NCBI RefSeq assembly: GCF_006345805.1
Contig: NC_043012.1
Span: 6,696,001 to 6,760,000 of the forward strand
Length of the DNA stretch: 64,000 bases
Direction: 5' to 3'
Origin: Octopus sinensis
Lineage: Eukaryota
In this document: positions 55,519-64,000 of the stretch, in pieces
How the letters are laid out: every line of letters starts with the position of its first letter
Position numbering within the stretch: the stretch's first letter is position 1
The notes under the pieces: model-generated
Database searches by the model: none
The model's input: only the letters and a program-made list of their open reading frames with translations
Told to the model about the DNA's origin: nothing
Translations under genes and position numbers: made by a program

Positions 55519-55943
55519 GTAGTAATGATTGCTTGCCAACATAACATGGCAGTCCTGGTTTAGGATGAATGTTGCTGTAATTTAGCCCCAGGAGACATCG
55601 TCTTCACCTGGCTATACAACACAATCTGTGTCCTTATATTTTCGAACAAGGGAATCTAGCACCCCCACTCAGCCCAAAACAATAACTGTGTATCGCGATT
55701 ACTGGGTTATTTCTCTTCAGCAGAACAATTATTCTGTGCTGATGAAGGGAAATAACCTGGAAATTGCGATACACAGATATTGTTTTGGGCTGAGTGGGGG
55801 TGCTAGATTCCCTTGCTCAAAAATATAAGGACACAGATCATGTCGTATAGCCAGCTGGAGACAATGTCTCCTGGGGCTAAATTACAGCAACATTCGTCCT
55901 AAACCAGGACTGCCGTGTTATGTTGGCAAATAATCTTTACTCC
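55519..55943. mobile_element. 425-bp palindromic (foldback) element
   Basis: Arms of about 205 bp are highly similar reverse complements (e.g. GCAGTCCTGGTTTAGGA ... TCCTAAACCAGGACTGC) around a loop of about 6 nt near 55725-55730. Confidence 0.9.
55734..55776 (+). ncRNA. Minimal hammerhead motif (family 4) at the centre of a long palindrome
   Basis: CUGUG-CUGAUGA-AGGG-AAAUAA-CCUG-GAA-AUUGCGAU-A-CACAG, with a perfect 5-bp helix I and self-complementary helix III. Confidence 0.68.
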
Positions 55944-56047
55944 AATATCAGACAAAATCTGAAAGTGAAAACGAATCAACCTCAGTGATTTAAAGATAGA
56001 CCCGAAAAGGCCTGCAATGTATACAAGTACTGCTTCACTATGTCTCT

Positions 56048-56261
56048 GTTACTTGTTTCAGTCATTCAACTGCGGCCATGCTGGAGCATCGCCTTTAGTC
56101 AAGCAAATCAACCCCAGGATTTATTCTTTGGAAGCCTAGTACTTATTCTATTGGTCTCTTTGCCGAACCGCTAAGTTACAGGGACATAAACACACCATCA
56201 TCGGTTGTCAAGTGATGCTGGGAGGACAAACTCAGACACACAAACATATACACACACATAC

Positions 56262-56296
<35 letters not shown>

Positions 56297-56461
56297 CGAC
56301 GGGCTTCTTTCAGTTTCCATCTACAAAATCCACTCACAAGGTTTTGGTCGGCCTGAGGCTATGGTAGAAGACACTTGCCCAAGGTGCCACGCGGTGGGAA
56401 TGAACCCGGAACCATGTGGTTGGTAAGCAAGCTTCTTACCACACAGCCACTCCTGCACCTA
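56048..56461 (-). mobile_element. SINE family B copy
   Basis: Colinear with 128-572. Further copies or fragments lie at about 1993-2310(-), 4350-4520, 12372-12790(-), 28860-28975, 29245-29440, 33268-33420, 35135-35285, 41197-41830(-, split by an RTE tail), 51283-51490(-) and 52005-52120(-). Confidence 0.8.
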
Positions 56462-57984
56462 TGTCGGTAATAAGAAATATATAATTTCCATGAATGTTAG
56501 TTATTATTTTCAGCTAACTTACTTAAGCTCTACATATGACCATATATGGTCAGAGATCAGAGAATTTCTTACAATCACAGGCAAATCCAGGTACAAGATT
56601 CTGGATGAATCTCTGTCACTTTAAAAGGTCATAACCATATTGATCGATCCCCTACCAAAAGCAAAACTAGTTGCTGTATGGTAATTTGTTGTCACTAACT
56701 TGGTATTTAAGGTCCTTCTTCGTGTTGTTTCACTTAAATATAACCCCTGTAAGTGTCATAAAATGATTGTTTGCAATATCGGTTGGCTTTACAATAAATA
56801 ACTACTTATGTTATTGAAACCTTAAGTCTGTCAAGAAATTTGGTGATTATTCACTGAGCAGTACATATTCCTGATATTAAAGGCTCTCATTCAGGTTGTT
56901 GGAGCCTAATCCTAGATCTATCTCTGTCAAGAGACACTTGTCCGCTGTCAGTGTACCAATTTCCGCCCCATCACCTCCACCTCATAAAGTGTTGAAAGAA
57001 TTCACAAATAGAAGTTAGTTTGATGGACGCTTAGGCTTAACGATTGCTGACAAGCAAGAGAACTCATCGTTAACATCACCTTGTCTTGCAGGTAAAGAAC
57101 ATTGATAACGAAGTGTATGATGAAGGAATGTAAAGGGGGGAAAAAACAGAAGAAGGAAATATTAAAAAGGAAAAGCAATGAATGCTTCATGTTGAGCAGT
57201 TAGCAGGGAATTTCTTGTGATTGATAAATATAATTTTCCTTTGCAGCTCCATGAAAATGACTGATGCTTCCGTTTACTAAACAGGACAACGACTTGTGAT
57301 TTTAACAAGACATGGTTTGTAATTCTCTGTTTTTTTTTCTTTTTCTTTTCTATCTTTTTTTTTTTAGTTTTTAGAAGTGAACCTTTTACTTAACTCTTTA
57401 CCATTAGAACAGGAATGTTAGAAAATGTTGGGAGGTTTAATGTTCAGTTTGAACTTTTGTAAGATTGCTGTCATAGTTGTTGTTGTTGTTGTTGTTATTA
57501 TTTAGCCCTAAGTAAGTCCTGATTGAGTATATCTATGATCAAAACAAATCTCAACAATGACCATTAAATCTTTCACTTTGAGATATTATACATCAAATAT
57601 TTACATTATCCAGCATAGGTTTTTGAAAAGGAATTTTTAGAGGTGTGGACACAGCATCTTGGATCTCGATTTCCTGAGTTCAAGTCCTCTCTTCTTTTAC
57701 TTTGCCATTTACAAGAACAATAAAGTTTTGAACCAGTAATTACTAAAGGTTCAGCTAAAGGCTTCTTCAAATTTTAGGACCAGGGATTAATTCAACTTTC
57801 AGTAGTACTTGGATGGGAGGCAGGTGGCAGAATTTGGAACTGGAATTGCAGGTGTTGGGTTAGTCATGTGCCAGCTTCAGCATTCAATTCTCAGAAAAGG
57901 AGAAATTGGTAGAAAATAGCCAAACTTGCCCTCTTCAATTTGGTTTCCATGCTTATCCTCATCTCTGGTCATGAATGTTGGGTA

Positions 57985-58290
57985 ATCACTGAAAATGTTG
58001 TATGATTGCAAATACAAACAGCCCAAAACGGGGGTCCTCCAAAGAATTTCTGGAATGACATTACTCAACAGAGTGTGTAACTCAGAGGTCAAGGAGACTT
58101 TTAAGGTTGAGCGGCTATTTCTTCACACTGAGGCGTCACAGCTCCGGAACTGTGGACATGCAATTAGAAAAGAATCAGAAGATGGATTCTTCAAGTCAAG
58201 CCAACTAACAGGAGATCTAGGGGTAGACCAAGAACAAAGATGGTTGGATAATATCCATTGTCTCATTTGGTTATTATGGTTGGGAATTCA
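57985..58290 (+). pseudogene. Degenerate RTE-like ORF2 C-terminus (different family)
   Basis: VLQRISGMTLLNRVCNSEVKETFKVERLFLHTEASQLRNCGH; an adjacent frame gives GRPRTRWLDNI. Confidence 0.55.
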
Positions 58291-59252
58291 ACAGGAAAGT
58301 GTAATGGTCTGAGAGTATCCAGTGTAATAGGTGCCTGAGGACTCTTCTCCAACAATCCTTCCAGGAACAGTGGGCAGAAAAGATGAGTGGATGGGTGAAT
58401 AGTACATGACTGGTAGTTCTTTAATTGACCAGAGAATAACAAACAGGAAACTTAACGTGGTTGCATTAGGACTCATAATGCAAAGAAAAATAAATAAATG
58501 CTGCAAAATATTTTGTTCACTCTTTGGATTAAGGTACAAAAAAAAACTCAAACCATCTGATCACATAATCTATTATGCTAAAGAGATCATAGATTAGCCT
58601 TGAGTGTAAAATCCATTACAATCAAGCATATATTAACTGGTGGAGTTAATCACAAATCCAGTATGACAGACATAGGTATCTCAATGTTTTTTATTTACTA
58701 AGGCAGTGAGCTGGCAGAGTCGTTAGCCCGCCAGGTGAAATGCTTAGCAGTATTTTGTGTGTCTTTACGTTCTGAGGTCAAATTCCGTTGAGGTCGACTT
58801 TGCCTTTCATTCTTTCAGGATCGATAAATTAAGTACCAGTTTTCTACTGGGGTTGATCTAATCGATTGGCCCCCTCCCTCCAAATTTCGGGCCTTGTACC
58901 TAAAGTAGAAAAGAATATTTTTCATTTACTGTAAGCACCCATTACACTCTTGGAGTGGTTGACGTTAAGAAGGGCATCCAACCATAGGAAACCATGCCAA
59001 ATTAGACTGGAATCTGGTGCAATCTTCCAGCGTGCCAGCTCGGTCAAACCATCCAACCCATAGCAGAATGGAAAACAGACATTAAATGATGATGTATTTC
59101 CCAGCATACAGACTAAAATTCATAGCCAAAAGGGATAAGCTGACTTATTTAAACAAGGTAACTTTGGAGGACCAAAAGTCCCATGTCAAAATCCAAATGA
59201 AATGCAGCAGGATTTGGAGAGATAATGACAATGTTTGACTGTTTAGACTACA

Positions 59253-59436
59253 TACAGTTCTATATTTAAGAGATGAGGAATTATGTACATTATTTACATT
59301 ATTTACATTTGATGGATATTTGTCCTCATCTTGCTTTTTGTTAACACTACATTTCGGCTGATATGCCCTCCAGCCTTCATCAGGTGTCTTGGGGAAATTT
59401 TGAACCTGGGTTCTCATTCCAAAGGTATTTTTCAAG

Positions 59437-59473
<37 letters not shown>

Positions 59474-59579
59474 TATTATTATTATTATTATTATTATCAT
59501 TATTCAGGCCACTGCTTGGAATTGAACACGGAATCTTGGGCTTAGTAGCCCGCATTCTTAACCACTATGCCATATGCCC
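59253..59579 (-). mobile_element. Second, uninterrupted copy of the tRNA-head/(AAT)n/hammerhead SINE
   Basis: Minus strand: GGGCATATGGCATAGTGGTTAAG (A box) ... GTTCAATTCC (B box) ... (AAT)n ... GACACCTGATGAAGGCTG...CAGCCGAAATGTAGTGTT ... TTAAATATAGAACTG. It is colinear with 22136-23010. Confidence 0.8.
59343..59388 (-). ncRNA. Minimal type-I hammerhead ribozyme motif (family 1)
   Basis: GACAC-CUGAUGA-A-GGCUG(10-nt loop)CAGCC-GAA-AUGU-A-GUGUU: helix I, core, helix II and a self-complementary loopless helix III, with a GUA triplet. Confidence 0.72.
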
Positions 59580-59760
59580 ACAAGCATATGGTGTAGTGGT
59601 TAATAATAACAACATCGAAAAATTTAATTTTGATCGATTGATTCTCTCCATTTCATTCCCATATGATAAAGGCAAAGAATTTTGTCAACTTTGTAATAGT
59701 GAACTGTTTTTAATATATACATACACATACACATATGTATATGTGTATGTGTGTGTGTGT

Positions 59761-59794
<34 letters not shown>

Positions 59795-59819
59795 CACGTG
59801 CATATACCCTTGTCAATAT

Positions 59820-60030
59820 TGCAAGTTCGTTGTAAATGAGTTTCACTGACATACAAGTGATGTTGTTTGTATCCAGTCTTTTGTGAGAAACGTGTCTGGC
59901 TGTGGGGAAGATATTGCCTTGCTTTGATAACAGGCGAAGTTGAGCAACAGGAAAGGCATCTGGCCATAGAAAATCTGCCTCGGTGAATTCTGTCTGACCC
60001 ATGCAAGCATGGAAAAGTGGACATTGAGAT
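59820..60030 (-). mobile_element. Repeat family D sharing the RTE terminal motif
   Basis: Shares TTCCATGCT...GATGCC-TT-CCT with the RTE tails, but has a different body. Related copies lie at about 11950-12150, 19928-20125 and 51110-51270. Confidence 0.55.
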
Positions 60031-60087
60031 TATGACGAGGAGGAAGAAGATACACACAAACACACACATGCACGTGTAAGTAGATAG

Positions 60088-60119
<32 letters not shown>

Positions 60120-62689
60120 TGAGAGAGAGAGAGAAAGAGATTGAGATTGCGATTACAAAAGAATAAGTAGATAAAAAGTGAAGGACTGAAAGTTCACAGG
60201 AAATGCAGGAGGGAATAAGTGGCTAAGAAAGTAATTACCATTCCAAGATGCCAAAGAATCTGTTAAGACTGTATTGATTTAGGACTGGTGCAGTAGCATG
60301 TTGTTGAGGATGATGATGATGATGATGACGACGATGGTGATGAGGATGATGATGACGACGACGATGGTGATGAGGATGATGATGACTAGGGCAATGATGA
60401 TGATGATTAGGATGACAATGGTGCTGATTGTTATGATAATGATAATAGTTATAAAGCTGAAGATGGTAATGATGATGGTTATGATGATGAAAGTTAATGA
60501 TGATGATGGTGATGGTTACGATGGTTATGATGATAATGGTTATGAGAATGATGGTTATGATAGTGATGGTGATGATTGTGATGGTGATGATGTTATGATG
60601 ATGATGGTGATGATGATGATGCTTATGATGATGATGGTTATGATGATGGATAAGAAGATGATGGTAATGATGATGATGATAATGGCGATGGTGATGATGG
60701 TGATGGTAATGGTGGTGATGTTTTGACAATGATGGTTATGATGATGATGGCTATAATGATGACAATGACAAGATTCGGATGATGACAGTTTGAAGTGTGA
60801 AGTGATTATGAGAACACTAAATTGAGGTGAGAGATGTCACCAATTTAATTGCAGCAGTAGTGGTGGTGGTGGTGGTGGTTGTTGTAGAAGTAGTAGTAGT
60901 AGTAGTAGAAATAGTAGTAGCAAGCAGTAGTAGTAGTAGTAATGGTAGTAGTAGTAGTAATGGCGGTGGTGGTGTGGTGGTAGTAGTAGTAGCAGTAGTA
61001 GTGGTAATGGTAGTAGTAGTGGCGGTGGTGGTGGTGGTAGTAGTAGTAGTAGAAGTGGTGGTGGTAGTAGTAGTGGTAGTAGTAGTATTTGTGATAGTGG
61101 TTGTGGAGATAGTTATCTTGGTGGGGTTAATTAGTTGTTGTAATAAGGGTTTTAAATTTTGGCACAAGGCCAGCAATTCCAGATGAGGAAGTAAGTTGAT
61201 TAGATCTACCCAAGTACGCAACTGGTACTTATTTTATCGACTCCAAAAGGATGAAAGGCATAGTCCACCTTGGCAGCATATGAACTCAGAAAGTTGTAGT
61301 CACAAGAAATGGTGACGATGGTACCAGGGGTAGTGTTGGTGTTGTTGCTGGTAATCACAGTGGCTTTAGTAGTGATAGTATAGCTTGTGGTAGATGCGAA
61401 AGTATTAGTAACATAGTAGTAGTGTTGGTGGGGGTGGTCATGGTGAGGGTGGTGTTGGTGGTGCTTGATGGTAGTAGTTGAATAGTGTTGGTGATGGCAT
61501 TGGTGGTGGAATAGCGTTGGATGATGTTGGAGCAGTATCAGTAGTTGAGATGGAGTGGCGATGTGGATGGAGTAGTGTTCATGTTGGAGTGGCATTGGAG
61601 TGGTGGCGTGGTGTTGATAGCAGAGTAGTGTTAGTGGTAGAATAGTGTAAATGATGTTGGTGGTAGAGTAGTGTTGGCAAAGCAGAGATGCTGCCTATAT
61701 TGGAGTGGTGATGGCAGAGTGCTGTGGGTATTGGACTGGCATTGACTGTGGAGTAGTGTTACCAGTGGAGTGGTAGTGATGGGGTGTGTGTTTACACAAT
61801 GGCAGAGTGGCATTGGTGGAGTGGTGTTGGTCATGGAGTGGTGTCGACAGTGGACTGGTGTTTGAGTGGTGTTGATGGTGGAGAGATGTTAGTGTTTGAG
61901 TTGCATTGGTTAGTTGAGTGGTGTTGGTGTTTGAGTAGCATTGGTTGGTGGAGTGGTGTTGGTCATGGAGTGGTAATGATAGTAGAGCACTGTTTGAGCG
62001 GTATTGGAGTGGTGTTGCTGTGTGAGTGGCATTGGAGTGGTGCTGATGTTTGAGTGGTGTTAGCATTGGAGTGGCATTGGTGGTGGACTGGCATTAGTTG
62101 CGGAGTGGTATGGGTGGAAGAGCGGCAAAGCCAGTTATTGTGGTCATGCTGCTGATTCTGTTTGTTATCTTGGCCTTTGTGAAATTTCTGGTGACAATTT
62201 CTCAGAAACTTTTAATCGGAAAATAATAATAAAAAAAAAGACCCTAATAAATGAATAAAAGAAAATATGCCCCACAACAAATGATATCAAAATAAAAGTG
62301 AAATAAAAATAAGATAGAGAAAATATTAAGAAAAAACAGGGAAATAAAACTTTTAAAAAAATAATTGAAAAATAGGAAAACTGAAATATTGAAAAAATGT
62401 TGAGATTACAAGACCTGGTTGGTGCTTGCTTTATACATTTTAGTTCTTGAGGTATATCAATATATATATATATATGTATATGTATATGTATGTATGTATA
62501 TATAGGTATATATGATTTTAGTGACAGAAATAAGGGGTGAGGGAGTGTGGTGGGGTGGGAGGAAATGGACAGAAAGATGTTTGCAGACAGAAGTAATGGA
62601 ATGTTTTGAAACGTGCACATGGTTGGTTGATGAAATAAAAGAGGAGGAAGAAAAAAAGAATATGTTTCATATTGATGTTAGACAGACAG

Positions 62690-63525
<836 letters not shown>

Positions 63526-64000
63526 ACAGAGAAATAGTTAGCAAGTGAAATAAATAGATAGATAAAGGGAGACCGAAAGAGATAACTGGAATAGGAGGCA
63601 GGAGGTGTCGTGCGATTACGTCAATGTGCAGAAACAACAACAGTAACAACAACAACAACAATGGCATCAATGATGACAACGACAACGGCAACGGCAACAA
63701 CAACAATAATGAAAGCAGAGCAACAACAACATATAAAATATTGGCCAACAGCATTTTGCACAGTAATATTACGGTGAAGCTTTTGATCTAGCAACTCATG
63801 TTGGAACATCAAACAAAACCCGACTTCCCTTCACTAGTAAAAGACCAGAACCAGATTTACCAATGCTGTCAGTTAGAAACCCTTTGTGGTGGTCGTATTA
63901 TACCAGTGCTAACGAAATGATGACGGTGATGGTGACGGTGGTGGTGGAGGTGGTAGTGGAGGTGGTGATGTTCATGATGGTGGTGATGTTTATGATGGTG

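Noticed and set aside
57091-57246. Plus-strand GTAAAG...TTTTCCTTTGCAG intron-like interval
   Set aside because: The flanking sequence has no sustained ORF. It could be UTR or lncRNA, but this cannot be supported from sequence alone.

Overview
Eukaryotic, AT-rich, repeat-dominated genomic DNA, most likely coleoid cephalopod (Octopus-like). That assignment is inferred from the SINE/LINE families and extreme microsatellite density, not from a database search. There are no rRNA genes, intact tRNA genes or CRISPR arrays, and almost all tracked ORFs are microsatellite artefacts. The window contains: (i) a young, 5'-truncated CR1-group LINE at 43.1-47.3 kb, with PHD + CCCH ORF1, APE endonuclease and an uninterrupted RT; (ii) RTE-clade LINE remnants, whose (GAT)n-tailed 3' end is one of the commonest repeats here; (iii) dead mariner and maT (DD37D) transposons, MITEs and several tRNA-derived SINE families; (iv) one well-supported host exon on the minus strand (31813-32094, Cys-rich, SUEL-lectin-like) plus a candidate 36-nt exon. 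Most interesting: about ten minimal type-I hammerhead-ribozyme-like motifs from several repeat families. These include a tRNA-headed SINE carrying a hammerhead, inserted with a 5'-inverted tail and a 14-bp target-site duplication (Penelope-like signature), and a 425-bp palindrome with a hammerhead at its centre. A HIV-type U UUU UUA slippery site also sits exactly where the ATG-less LINE ORF2 frame opens.
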